From: Thermoplasmatales archaeon I-plasma
GTDB lineage: Archaea; Thermoplasmatota; Thermoplasmata; Thermoplasmatales; GCA-001856825
Length of the DNA stretch: 64,000 nucleotides
Assembly (NCBI GenBank): GCA_001856825.1
Contig: ATMD01000003.1
Coordinates: 91,796 to 155,795 of the forward strand
Direction of reading: 5' to 3'
Part shown: piece by piece, positions 47,633 through 57,399 of the stretch
Position numbering within the stretch: position 1 is the first letter of the stretch
Layout of the letters: each line of letters opens with the position of its first letter
Translations under genes and position numbers: made by a program
The notes under the pieces: generated by a model
Databases searched by the model: none
What the model was told of the DNA's origin: nothing
Seen by the model: the letters and a program-made list of their open reading frames with translations, nothing else

Positions 47633-48198
47633 TTTTTCTTCACCCCTTCGGAGATTTCTCCATATTTCCTAGATACTTTCCTGACTTCGTTTCTCTGACA
47701 GTAAGTACAATAGAGACCACTATTAATCCTTTGCAGAGGTTTCCTGCACTTAGAGCAGTATGCAAAGATGACACCCTCATCCGGGGGTTCCATCGTAAGG
47801 TCTATCTTCCCCCTTGTGGAAACCACTTTGCCCCTAATGACATCCCTTGCCTTAACAACCTTGGAGCACTGGTCCAGATAATGCCCAGTGATCCTGCTCG
47901 CGTGTACGAGGGCTCTAGTCTTGATTTCGTACGCCTTCCCAGCCCTTATGAGATATTCGCCTGCTACAACTACCAGAGGCTCATTGATTTCAGATACCAC
48001 TCCTATGATTTCGTCCCCGGGCTGTATTATGATATCTTCCCTTCTCCCCTTAACTCTCACCTTAAAATCAGGGCTGACCTCGACATTTCCAATATTGGCA
48101 GAATAAACCCTCCCATCTTCCTCATAAGTTCCGCTCCCAGCGAGAAATTCTTCCTCAGTTCCAATATATTGGCCCGGTAGCACTAACCGACCTACCAT
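47629..48198 (-). CDS. csl4: Exosome RNA-binding subunit Csl4 (S1 domain plus zinc ribbon)
   Basis: LPGQYIGTEEEF.AG.GTYEE.G.VYS, an S1-like core, and C-terminal CSKC...CTYC. Confidence 0.8.
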   Translation of the reverse strand: MVGRLVLPGQYIGTEEEFLAGSGTYEEDGRVYSANIGNVEVSPDFKVRVKGRREDIIIQPGDEIIGVVSEINEPLVVVAGEYLIRAGKAYEIKTRALVHASRITGHYLDQCSKVVKARDVIRGKVVSTRGKIDLTMEPPDEGVIFAYCSKCRKPLQRINSGLYCTYCQRNEVRKVSRKYGEISEGVKKK

Positions 48199-48788
48199 AC
48201 TTTCACCCGCGACATTTTAGCTTGAATCATCTTTATCTCCTTCCTGTGAAATTCATACGTATGGGCAAGGGGAATCCCTATGTTCTCCTCCCAGATAATT
48301 TCCCCTTTTCCTTTTATGACTTTTTCCAAGAAATCGCCAGCTTTGTAATTAAGCACGATATAAAAATCTTTAGAATATTCTAGAGCCTTTTCTATGAAAG
48401 GTAAGTCAGCGTTCCTTCTTTGACTCCCAAATGGGGGATTCATCAGTACTGTATCGACTGGAACGTTGAATTCTTCAATATCCTCTTTCAATAGGATTAT
48501 TCTGTCTCCGAACTGTCGTGAATTTTCACCTGTAACAGATATGGCGTTCTGGTCTATGTCGATGGCGTACGCCTTCCTTGCTCCAAGCATGAGTGCCCCG
48601 ACTGCAAATATCCCATTTCCGCAACCTAGGTCTGCCACAGTCATTCCCTCGAGGCAACCATCTCCCAGTGCCCGATATAGCATTTTAGCTGCAATGTCAG
48701 GAGGGGTTGGATACTGTTCCATGAGCGGGCTCCTGTTATTCAACTTCGTCAGTCGTGACAATTCCATTTCCAGGGATATCTGCTTCAT
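48192..48788 (-). CDS. SAM-dependent methyltransferase, METTL5/COG2263-like (NPPF class)
   Basis: EQYPTPPDIAA, VADLGCGNGIFAVGA, AIDID and VLMNPPFG. Confidence 0.75.
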   Translation of the reverse strand: MKQISLEMELSRLTKLNNRSPLMEQYPTPPDIAAKMLYRALGDGCLEGMTVADLGCGNGIFAVGALMLGARKAYAIDIDQNAISVTGENSRQFGDRIILLKEDIEEFNVPVDTVLMNPPFGSQRRNADLPFIEKALEYSKDFYIVLNYKAGDFLEKVIKGKGEIIWEENIGIPLAHTYEFHRKEIKMIQAKMSRVKVW

Positions 48789-48938
48789 TTGGTTCTCACA
48801 TAATCATGCCAGGTGCTAAACTGGCGCATCCGAGATTGATATTCGGAATTCGCTAATATTGTTAACGGTACTATGCCCATAATACCCAGAAGCCGCAAAA
48901 ACAAGGTTCCTTTTATTTAATATACCAGTGTGCAGAAA

Positions 48939-49211
48939 TCATTCAAGTACAGTCTTCACAAGTTCTTTCGCTTCTTTCTCTGCCGCTTCCTTTGACTCCC
49001 CCTTTAGTTTGAGGAGGGCGGTAATGTATTTCTCAGCGCGTGATAGCTTCCACGTGCTTCTCTCGTGAACGATCTTTACGATGACCGCAGCAATATCGCT
49101 GTCCACTTCAAGCCCAAACTTCTCCTTTATCCTTATTTGCCAAAGTTTAATCAGGAATCTCGGAACGTAGTCACCTTCTTTTTTCAATTTCTGGTAGATT
49201 CCACTATTCAT
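48939..49211 (-). CDS. Hypothetical protein (90 aa)
   Basis: Isolated ORF with plausible spacing. No motif recognised. Confidence 0.35.
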   Translation of the reverse strand: MNSGIYQKLKKEGDYVPRFLIKLWQIRIKEKFGLEVDSDIAAVIVKIVHERSTWKLSRAEKYITALLKLKGESKEAAEKEAKELVKTVLE

Positions 49212-49281
49212 TGCATTTCAATCTTATCATACTTTAAATAGGTTGTGGAACAATTTTCTAATCCCTTTTGTGACCAGATTT

Positions 49282-50199
49282 CTACTTTATCACCTTTTTC
49301 AGTATGATTTTTTCAGCATGCAACCTGTTTTCCGCTTCCTGGAATATAACACTATTCTTGGAATCGGCAACAGCATTTGTCACTTCGAGGCCCCTGTGTG
49401 CTGGAAGGCAGTGCATGAAAATGTAATCATCCTTTGCGAGGGAAACCATCTTTTCATTTACCTGGAAGCTTCTGAATTTCTTTTCTTTGTTCTCCTTCTC
49501 TCCTTCCTCTCCCATGGAAACCCAGACATCGGTATAAACAACGTCAGCACCTGCAACTGCTTCCTTGAAGTTATTTGTGACCTCTATCTCAGATTTGTGT
49601 TTCTTTGCAAGATTCTTTGCGTCTTTTACGAATTTTTCCTGTGGTTCAAAACCTTCTGGTGTCGCTATCCAGAAGTCAGAGCCAACTAGCCCTGCCGCCA
49701 ACATAAGGGAATTCGCAGTGTTATTTCCATCGCCAACGTACGCAATTTTTAATCCCTTGAACTTGCCCTTTGCTTCCTTTATCGTCATGAAGTCTGCGAC
49801 TATCTGCGTCGGGTGTTCTAGATTGTCGAGTCCATTTATGACGGAAATTGACGAGTTCTTTGCGAGTTCAACCACGTTCTCGTGTTCGAATGCTCTGTAG
49901 AGAATCCCATCGACCATTCCAGATAGTACCCTTCCAGTATCAGCTATTGTCTCCCCCCTGCCCATCTGCATGTCCCTTGGGGAGAGATAAATTGCATGTC
50001 CTCCTAGCTGAGTCATAGCGGTTTCAAAGCTAACCCTAGTCCTGGTTGATGCCTTCTCAAATATCATTGCAAGTGTCTTTCTGTCCATTGAAGAGTCCTT
50101 CTTGCCGGACTTGAAACTCTTCTTTAGTTTCAGGCCTTCATCAACAAATTTATCGAAATCTTCCTTCATGTCCAGGACGGAGATGATATCCCTCTTCAT
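49282..50199 (-). CDS. argF: Ornithine carbamoyltransferase
   Basis: [24 protein letters not shown] and HCLPAHRG. Its start overlaps the sucD stop by 4 nt. Confidence 0.88.
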   Translation of the reverse strand: MKRDIISVLDMKEDFDKFVDEGLKLKKSFKSGKKDSSMDRKTLAMIFEKASTRTRVSFETAMTQLGGHAIYLSPRDMQMGRGETIADTGRVLSGMVDGILYRAFEHENVVELAKNSSISVINGLDNLEHPTQIVADFMTIKEAKGKFKGLKIAYVGDGNNTANSLMLAAGLVGSDFWIATPEGFEPQEKFVKDAKNLAKKHKSEIEVTNNFKEAVAGADVVYTDVWVSMGEEGEKENKEKKFRSFQVNEKMVSLAKDDYIFMHCLPAHRGLEVTNAVADSKNSVIFQEAENRLHAEKIILKKVIK

Positions 50200-51063
50200 T
50201 TCAAGACCTCCTTTAGAAGGGAAGGTATTTCGTACGGATAGGATGCCACTCTAACGCCAGCCTCCTCAAGGGCTTTGACCTTTGATTCAGCAGTTCCCTT
50301 GCCCCTTGATATAATTGCGCCTGCGTGTCCCATCCTCTTGCCAGGTGGTGCACTCCTCCCGGTAATGTAGCTTACAACAGGTTTGTTGAAGTTGTTCTTT
50401 ATGTATTCAGCAGCCTCTTCCTCTGCGGTACCTCCGATTTCCCCAACCATTGCCACTGCTGCTGTCTGCTCATCTTTTTTAAACTCTTCGAGCGCATCTA
50501 TGTAGTTCATACCGGTTACTGGATCCCCGCCGAGCCCAATGACAGTACTCTCCCCAAGACCGTTGATAGTTATCTGGTTCACAATCTCATAGGTAAGAGT
50601 ACCGCTTCTGGAGATCACACCTACATTTCCTTTCCTGAAAATCTGGTTAGGCATTATCCCAAGCTTGCAAGAGAACGGGAGACGTAGCTCCAGGTCCATT
50701 TGGACCCAGGACTTTTTTGCCAAGTTTGTTCGCAAGGCTAACTATTTTCATCGTGTCTTGGTACGGTACTTTCTCTGTCAGAATGTATATCAAGTCTATT
50801 CCACTGTACATTGCTTCCTTTGCAGCGTCCAATACGTACGGGGCAGCTACAGAAATGAATGTTGCATTGGGTTTCTCAACGAGTGCATCGCGCACAGTGT
50901 TATATACGGGTATTCCACTAACCTCAGTACCTCCCTTGCCAGGCGATGTTCCAGCGACGACCTTCGATCCGAATTTCTGCATCTGTATTGCATTGAACGA
51001 ACCCTGGTGTCCAGTAATCCCCTGGACAAGAATTCTGGTGTTTTCATTCACAAGAATGCTCAT
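50196..51063 (-). CDS. sucD: Succinyl-CoA synthetase alpha subunit, frame broken by one extra base near 50675-50678
   Basis: The N-terminal ORF (50647-51063) reads [10 protein letters not shown]...[11 protein letters not shown]. The C-terminal ORF (50196-50735) reads FSCKLGIMP...SRSGTLTYE...GHAGAII. Deleting one base restores ...[12 protein letters not shown] at the canonical length. Confidence 0.88.
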
Positions 51064-51064
51064 C

Positions 51065-52165
51065 TTACTTCACCACTTCCACAACTTCGTTTATTGCATC
51101 CATCATATCTGAATATGCCTCTATCCCATGTTCTTTCAATATACCTCTTCCTATGTCCTCGTTAACACCCGAAAGCCTTACAACTATTGGTACACCAATC
51201 CCCACTCTCTTCTTCGCTTCTGCTATGCCATTTGCCACCGTATCGCAGTGGGTCACGCCACCAAATATGTTGATCAGAATTGCCCGTATCTTGGCCTCTT
51301 TCAGGATCTGGAACGCGCCAACAACCTTCTCCACGTCATCGCTTCCGCCAAGATCAAGGAAATTCTTCGGTTTCAGCCCTTTTAATGTCAGTCCGTCAAG
51401 GGTTGCCATAGTGAGACCTGCTCCATTCGCAATTACGCCGATGTCACCCCCGAGTTCCACAAGCGCATATCCTCTCTTGTATGCAAGTTCCTCAAGATCT
51501 GTCCTCTCAGCAGGATTCTCCGAAAGGTCCGTGTGCCTGAACAGCGAGTCAGAATCCACTACAATCTTTGCATCGCCAGCAAGTACCTTACCATTCTTCA
51601 GTACTACGAGCGGATTGATCTCCACAAGCTCGCAATCATACCCCTCATAAAGAGAGAACATCCTGGCAAGTATGTCCTGGAACTGCTTTGATTCGTCTGG
51701 CGGGAGATTCATTTTGAATGCAACCTCCCTCCCCACAAATGGCGAGTATCCTATGGTGGGGTCGATCCAGTATTTGACGATCTTTGAATCTGGTACATCC
51801 TCAATCTCAACTCCACCAGACGTGGATGCGATGATTATAGGTCTCTTTGTGCTCCTGTCGAGAGTTACTGATAGGTAGTACTCCTTCGCTATGTCTAATT
51901 TCTCCTCCAGCAGCAGGCTTCTGACCTTCAGTCCCTTAATGCTCATTGCAAGGATTTCCTTCCCTTTCTCCATCAGGTCCTTGGAATTATCTGCAAATTT
52001 TATTCCTCCAGCTTTCCCCCTTCCCCCCGTCAGGACCTGGGCCTTGACAACAACCGGGAATTTTTCCCATTGAAGGTCTTTCTCTGAAGCAACATGTCTT
52101 CCTGTAGGAATTGGTATACCGTACTTTCTGAAAAGTTCCTTTGCTTGATATTCGTATAAGTTCAT
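51065..52165 (-). CDS. sucC: Succinyl-CoA synthetase beta subunit
   Basis: MNLYEYQAKELF, VVKAQVLTGGRGKAGG, INPL and GGIVNCA-like NIFGGVTHC. Confidence 0.93.
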   Translation of the reverse strand: MNLYEYQAKELFRKYGIPIPTGRHVASEKDLQWEKFPVVVKAQVLTGGRGKAGGIKFADNSKDLMEKGKEILAMSIKGLKVRSLLLEEKLDIAKEYYLSVTLDRSTKRPIIIASTSGGVEIEDVPDSKIVKYWIDPTIGYSPFVGREVAFKMNLPPDESKQFQDILARMFSLYEGYDCELVEINPLVVLKNGKVLAGDAKIVVDSDSLFRHTDLSENPAERTDLEELAYKRGYALVELGGDIGVIANGAGLTMATLDGLTLKGLKPKNFLDLGGSDDVEKVVGAFQILKEAKIRAILINIFGGVTHCDTVANGIAEAKKRVGIGVPIVVRLSGVNEDIGRGILKEHGIEAYSDMMDAINEVVEVVK

Positions 52166-52203
52166 CCTTTATCTCTACCAGATTGACGAATATTATAAAT
52201 CCG

Positions 52204-54564
52204 TTATGATTTGAGCGCTCTCTGTATCAGCCTCTCATTTATCTCCAGTTTTTCAAGTCCATTTTTTACCGCCCTGGCTGCCTCTGGAACTTTTTCCCTG
52301 GATATGAACTGGTCAACAAGTGGTCTGTTTCCTATTCCTGCAATCGCTATGAGATCCTCGATCAGTCTCGAGACCGTACTGCTGCCGGCAAAAACTTCCC
52401 TGATAGTCGCTAAATTCTTTGACATCCATCCCCAGACATCTTTCCTGTAGTTCCTGGATGTTATAGCTTCAAATATGGGGTAGATGAAGTTGGCCCTGTA
52501 CTCAGGCTTGGACTTTACAAAGTCAAGGAAGTTTGTTATCTCGTCATTCTTTGGCAGGTGAGCCATTGCGTGCATGACACGAACAAGTTCCATATCATTC
52601 TCAGGCGATTTCAGCATTCCCCACAATCTGTCCTTGTTGAATTCCTCTATAGCAGAGGATATCAGGACTGCATTTCTTTCCTCGGCCATTACGCTGGGAT
52701 AATCATTTATCTTCAATTTCTCTGTACTTCTGAAATTTTTGTCATGCAACGCTAAAGCGGTAAGTATCCTTTCAAGTACTACCTTTGAATTCTCCTCATC
52801 TGAATCGCTGAATTTGGGTAGCTTTTCCCTAAGATAATTCACGAATAAGGTGTTAAGAGTGTCAGAGTCAATTATAGTGTTTAATTCTGCAAGAATTGAT
52901 TCAAGTCTTAGAACTATGCTGTACTCATCTCTCTCCCTGAGCTTTTCAACTAGAGAGACAAATTGTTGCAAATCTATTGCTCCAGACATGAGGAAAGCGT
53001 AATAGTCATCTATCAGCTTCATGACAAATTCAGGGGAAGAACCACTGCCAAGCATCCTGTCTATCAATGTTCCTTCAAACAGGAGCCGGTAATATCCCTC
53101 TCCATTCCCGTTTATCTTCATATTCTCTTTGTATCTCATCCTTCTTTCCTTCTCCTTAAGCAACAACTTTCTCTTCTTTCCTGATTGCTCAATAAAGAGA
53201 GGAATTTGCCATATGTACTGATCATCGTTACCGAGATATGTGAACTTCTGCTGGGATATCCTCAACCAACCACCCTCTTCCCTTACCTTCACCAGTGGGA
53301 AACCTCCCTTTTCCAGCCATGATTTCATTAGACTGCTCACGTCTATCTTACTTGCAACCGAAAGAGACGTCCATAAGTCCTCTCCTGTAGCATTTGAATA
53401 CTGGTGGTTTTTCAAATACTGGTATATCCCCTCCCTGAATCTCGATTCCCCGATGAACTCTTCTGTCATTCGAAGTATTGAAGCCCCCTTCCCGTAGCTG
53501 ATGTCATCAAATATCTCTGAAATCTCGTCAGGATTCTTCACTTCCACCCTGATAGGATGGGTGGAAAGAAGGCCATCCTTTTGCATGGAGGACAAGGTCT
53601 CCTGAAGCTGGAAATCTTCCCATAGATTCCAGTCCTTGTAGATCTTAGCAAGAATCTTGTACCCTACAAAGGTAGCAAATGATTCATTAAGCCAGAGGTC
53701 GTCCCACCATTTCATTGTTACAAGGTCGCCAAACCACTGGTGGGCGAATTCATGTGATACTACGTATGAAATCTGCTTTTTGAAGGAAAAACTGGTAGAC
53801 TGGTTTATCAGGAGTGCAGTCTCCCTGAATGTTATGGCCCCCCAATTTTCCATCGCGCCTGCTCCGAATTGAGGGAGAGCAATAAGATGCATCTTTGGTA
53901 GGGGGAATCTTATCTTGTAATACGACTCGTATTTTGTGAAGAGCTTGCTGAGAAGATTGAGTGAGAACTTACCCTCCTTGGCCTTACCGGGGGAGGTTGC
54001 AAGGTAGAGCATTCTTTCCTTGTTCCTCTTTGATATCGTTTGAAAATGCCCTATTCCTATGTATATTAGATAAGTGGACATCGGTGGTGTTTCGTCAAAC
54101 ACAAAATGAGCCCTGCCATTTGCCACTTCCCTCAATACGTTGCGGGTGTTGAATATAACTTCAACCTCCTCATCCACGTTTACTTCCACCTTGAATCTTG
54201 CCTTGGCTGCAGGTTCGTCTATGCAGGGGAATACGGACCTAGCTCCTGTAGGCTCCATTTGAGTCGTAATAATATGTCCATTCTCGTACTTCACATCATG
54301 AATTCCCATAAGGGAAGTTTCTGAAATATTTCCTGAGAAATTTATCGTTATCTCCTTCCCCTCAACGAGATCCAGTTTCAGTTTTTTGTCAGCTATGCTG
54401 AACTTGGCTTCATTTCCATCAATCCTGACGGAATTGACGGACAGGTTTTCATTGTCAAGCAAGAGTTCACCAGAAAATTTTCCCTTGATGACCTCAACAC
54501 ACTCATATTTCAAGTCCCTAAATTTAAAATCAAATTTAAGGGCATAAGATTCAAGACTATACAT
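52204..54564 (-). CDS. M1-family aminopeptidase (tricorn-interacting-factor F2/F3-like)
   Basis: GAMENWGAITFRE and HEFAHQWFGDLVTMKWWDDLWLNESFA (HExxH-x18-E); 786 aa. Confidence 0.92.
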   Translation of the reverse strand: MYSLESYALKFDFKFRDLKYECVEVIKGKFSGELLLDNENLSVNSVRIDGNEAKFSIADKKLKLDLVEGKEITINFSGNISETSLMGIHDVKYENGHIITTQMEPTGARSVFPCIDEPAAKARFKVEVNVDEEVEVIFNTRNVLREVANGRAHFVFDETPPMSTYLIYIGIGHFQTISKRNKERMLYLATSPGKAKEGKFSLNLLSKLFTKYESYYKIRFPLPKMHLIALPQFGAGAMENWGAITFRETALLINQSTSFSFKKQISYVVSHEFAHQWFGDLVTMKWWDDLWLNESFATFVGYKILAKIYKDWNLWEDFQLQETLSSMQKDGLLSTHPIRVEVKNPDEISEIFDDISYGKGASILRMTEEFIGESRFREGIYQYLKNHQYSNATGEDLWTSLSVASKIDVSSLMKSWLEKGGFPLVKVREEGGWLRISQQKFTYLGNDDQYIWQIPLFIEQSGKKRKLLLKEKERRMRYKENMKINGNGEGYYRLLFEGTLIDRMLGSGSSPEFVMKLIDDYYAFLMSGAIDLQQFVSLVEKLRERDEYSIVLRLESILAELNTIIDSDTLNTLFVNYLREKLPKFSDSDEENSKVVLERILTALALHDKNFRSTEKLKINDYPSVMAEERNAVLISSAIEEFNKDRLWGMLKSPENDMELVRVMHAMAHLPKNDEITNFLDFVKSKPEYRANFIYPIFEAITSRNYRKDVWGWMSKNLATIREVFAGSSTVSRLIEDLIAIAGIGNRPLVDQFISREKVPEAARAVKNGLEKLEINERLIQRALKS

Positions 54565-54662
54565 CAGGATTAGGTTATCAAGTTTGATATATCTGCTTTT
54601 CCTCGTTAATAATTCTTCGTCGTAGGTAAAAAATAAAAGAAAAAAGGGCTATAATAGGGAAT

Positions 54663-55793
54663 CTACTTCTTGACTTTCCTGCGCATCAGCAAAACTGACA
54701 GCCCAATTGCCACTATAGCTACTATTCCAACTACTACAAGGGTGCTTGTTGAAGATAGCGAAGTTGCGGGTGCTGAGGCAGTCGAAACTACGAGCTCATT
54801 TGAAGATGTGGGTATGGCTTTGCCGTTAGTTGTTATTGCAGCACTTGGATCGGTCATGAGCTTTAGGGAATAGCTAGAGCCATTCACGCTGACTGATTCG
54901 TTAAGCGAATAATTGGAAGTTGCGTTATAGAAGAAGGAAGTGCTATTCGTAGAAGGATTATAGACCCTTGCCCATTGCTGCAATGGTACTGAAAACACAT
55001 GGAAATTTATTGTCCCGAAATTCATTACGTGGGACCCGAATCCGTCATTCATGAAGAACGACCCTAGCTGGAACATTCCCCCCTGCCCGTCCTCTCCGAA
55101 ATCACCCATGTCTCCAAGCATATTGACGTCCATATTTGTGTTTACACTTGATTGCACCTTCAGCCCGTCATGCGGAACCTGTAGATTCATGAATCCCCTG
55201 AAATCCCCCATCAACTGACCCTGCACCCTGAATGCCCTCCAGGACATGTCTATCACTGTCGTGTTGTTTCCCACCTTCTTTGTGATGTTGGAGATCTTCA
55301 GGGATATTGTTAGGTTCCTGAATATGGTCAAGTTAGTCAGATTGGCGAAAGCGTGTAGCTGGTAGTTCAGTGTTGCATTGACAACGTGAATTGTTGGAAG
55401 CGTCGCATTGTTGGTGGCGTTGATCGTGGAATTTGAATCTGCTGTGGTATTTCCGTTAGAATCGTTGGAATCATTCGCTTCATTCGGATCGTTCCCATTA
55501 TGATTCCTGTCTTGGTTCTGGCCTTGGTAATCATTCATGTTCTGTTCAAGGAACTGTTTCCCTGAGCTGTTGAGATAAGAGGTAGCGTTCATCCATATCA
55601 CCGTTCCGTTAAGGGATTGTGCCGTCGAACTATTGCTTGGGTATGTGTAGTAGAGAACGTAGTTGCTGGTTGCGTTCACGAAGCCCTCATTTGTCTTCGT
55701 GTTTATGGTGGCGTGGATTACTGTCGCAGAACTAAGTGGAACTGCCATGAGTGCAAACACTACCACCATCGTTAGTATTAGTGCCTTTCTCAT
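54663..55793 (-). CDS. Secreted, C-terminally anchored Asn-rich surface glycoprotein, hypothetical
   Basis: Signal peptide MRKALILTMVVVFALMAVPLSSA and C-terminal TM plus RRKVKK. Low-complexity NGNDPNEANDSNDSNGNTT. Many N-x-S/T sequons. Confidence 0.55.
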   Translation of the reverse strand: MRKALILTMVVVFALMAVPLSSATVIHATINTKTNEGFVNATSNYVLYYTYPSNSSTAQSLNGTVIWMNATSYLNSSGKQFLEQNMNDYQGQNQDRNHNGNDPNEANDSNDSNGNTTADSNSTINATNNATLPTIHVVNATLNYQLHAFANLTNLTIFRNLTISLKISNITKKVGNNTTVIDMSWRAFRVQGQLMGDFRGFMNLQVPHDGLKVQSSVNTNMDVNMLGDMGDFGEDGQGGMFQLGSFFMNDGFGSHVMNFGTINFHVFSVPLQQWARVYNPSTNSTSFFYNATSNYSLNESVSVNGSSYSLKLMTDPSAAITTNGKAIPTSSNELVVSTASAPATSLSSTSTLVVVGIVAIVAIGLSVLLMRRKVKK

Positions 55794-55865
55794 GTTGGAA
55801 AGACTGTAGCTTATATTAACTAATTATTGGTACAACTTTCTAATTTTAGTACAATCCTCTAAAAC

Positions 55866-56816
55866 TTACGGGTATTTTTCCACTGACTTTATGTCAAGCT
55901 GTGAATCAAGGAGCTCCTCCTCCTTGATCTGGCCGATTGATCTAAAGAATGAATCCAGGCTGCTCTTTTCAAATATCATTGTGACCTTTGATTTATCACC
56001 AGAAATTTCAAGGGAATAGTTGAATGGAAGGTCGACGTCTGAAAGCTTGTAGGGATCAATAAGGATGCCCTGTTCTGGGACTATGGCGTGGAACACCTTG
56101 TAACCGTTCTCAAGCCTTTGTATTAGCTTGAACTTCTTCGCCTGCTTCTGCAGATTGGTCTCCCACTCAGGATACTCCCCATTTACTTCGTAGAACACAT
56201 TAAGAAACCCTGTTCTGTCAACGCCTCTGACAGATATTCCCGCAACGAAATTCTTGTTAGATTTAGAATATTTTAGCGTAAAGGAATTTGTTGGGACAAC
56301 ATAGAATATGAGTTTCTTCATTTCCCACCCTCTCTCATTCTCCAGGAGCCAGTCCTTGTCGCTCCTCGTCGGGCCCAGGTAGTCTATGCTGAAAAAGTCC
56401 CTGTTTTCGGAATCTTTGAAGATGATTCTTTGAATCTGTGCAGACGACTTGAAGAACTTTATTCTAATTACAACGTCACCATCTTGTACGAAGATAGGCA
56501 CTTCTATGAGGGCGTTGTCCACGTTTAGCAGAGAGTCAATTACTTCGCACACATAGCACTCCTCCCCGACCTTCACGGAGACCCCTGCCTTCCTGTCAAC
56601 GAATTCAAAACCGCGGGATCTGATTGCCTTTCTCAAATCGTCCATGGTTTTCCCCTCCCTCAGATATGTGACAACAGCTTCAGTCTTTTCCCCTCTTTTG
56701 TAAAAATTGAGGTAGCCGTTGAAGCCGTAAACCTTTGAAAAGTAGCTGATAGGTGATCGCATGTCTTGGAACCTTACGACCATCTCACTGTCGAATTCTA
56801 TCATATGAATCGTCAA
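55866..56816 (-). CDS. Hypothetical protein (316 aa)
   Basis: Long ORF with normal composition. No motif recognised. Confidence 0.5.
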   Translation of the reverse strand: MTIHMIEFDSEMVVRFQDMRSPISYFSKVYGFNGYLNFYKRGEKTEAVVTYLREGKTMDDLRKAIRSRGFEFVDRKAGVSVKVGEECYVCEVIDSLLNVDNALIEVPIFVQDGDVVIRIKFFKSSAQIQRIIFKDSENRDFFSIDYLGPTRSDKDWLLENERGWEMKKLIFYVVPTNSFTLKYSKSNKNFVAGISVRGVDRTGFLNVFYEVNGEYPEWETNLQKQAKKFKLIQRLENGYKVFHAIVPEQGILIDPYKLSDVDLPFNYSLEISGDKSKVTMIFEKSSLDSFFRSIGQIKEEELLDSQLDIKSVEKYP

Positions 56817-56976
56817 GGTTTCGTTGATTTAATATTTTTGGGATTGATATCCACCCGGTTCAGATGACTGCATTTACCATAATTTCCTGATAGACCAAGT
56901 TTTAATCCTGAGTCCAATTTCTGATGACTAAGTTTATAAGCTTTTTTGTACTTACATGAAAGTCAAGTGACTTCAT

Positions 56977-57393
56977 ATGACGCTGGTAGAACAATCGTTT
57001 GCTGATGGACCTATTACGGTTGACCTAATGGCCAGAGCAATATCAAATGGCATGAGCAGGCAGAGCAAGAGGATGAGTGAGCAGGAGGCGTACGATATCG
57101 CCTTCCATGTGCTCAATTTCTTCGGCTATAGCAGATATGTTATAGATAACATGCTTGAGCCAGAGGACAGAGATGCATTTTACATGCTCGAAGACCTTGG
57201 TATTCTAGATACTGAAAGGGAGGAAACAACCCTCTTTGATGGAAGGGAATGGAGGATTCACTACTGGCTCATCAGACCGGAAAACGTTAAGAAACTTGCG
57301 TACAGCAGCGGTCATAAGGTAGACGAAATTGTCTCCACGGAATCCATGGTCTACGACGGACTTCCTGACGATGTCTGGAAGATGAAGATATAG
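56977..57393 (+). CDS. Hypothetical protein (138 aa), 6 nt upstream of ABCE1
   Basis: ORF ends 57393 and ABCE1 starts 57400, so co-transcription is likely. Confidence 0.5.
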   Translation: MTLVEQSFADGPITVDLMARAISNGMSRQSKRMSEQEAYDIAFHVLNFFGYSRYVIDNMLEPEDRDAFYMLEDLGILDTEREETTLFDGREWRIHYWLIRPENVKKLAYSSGHKVDEIVSTESMVYDGLPDDVWKMKI

Positions 57394-57399
57394 GTACGG

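Noticed and set aside
51128-52073. Plus-strand ORFs across sucC (51128-51385, 51153-51650, 51672-51878, 51891-52073)
   Set aside because: They are antisense to a complete, motif-rich sucC frame.
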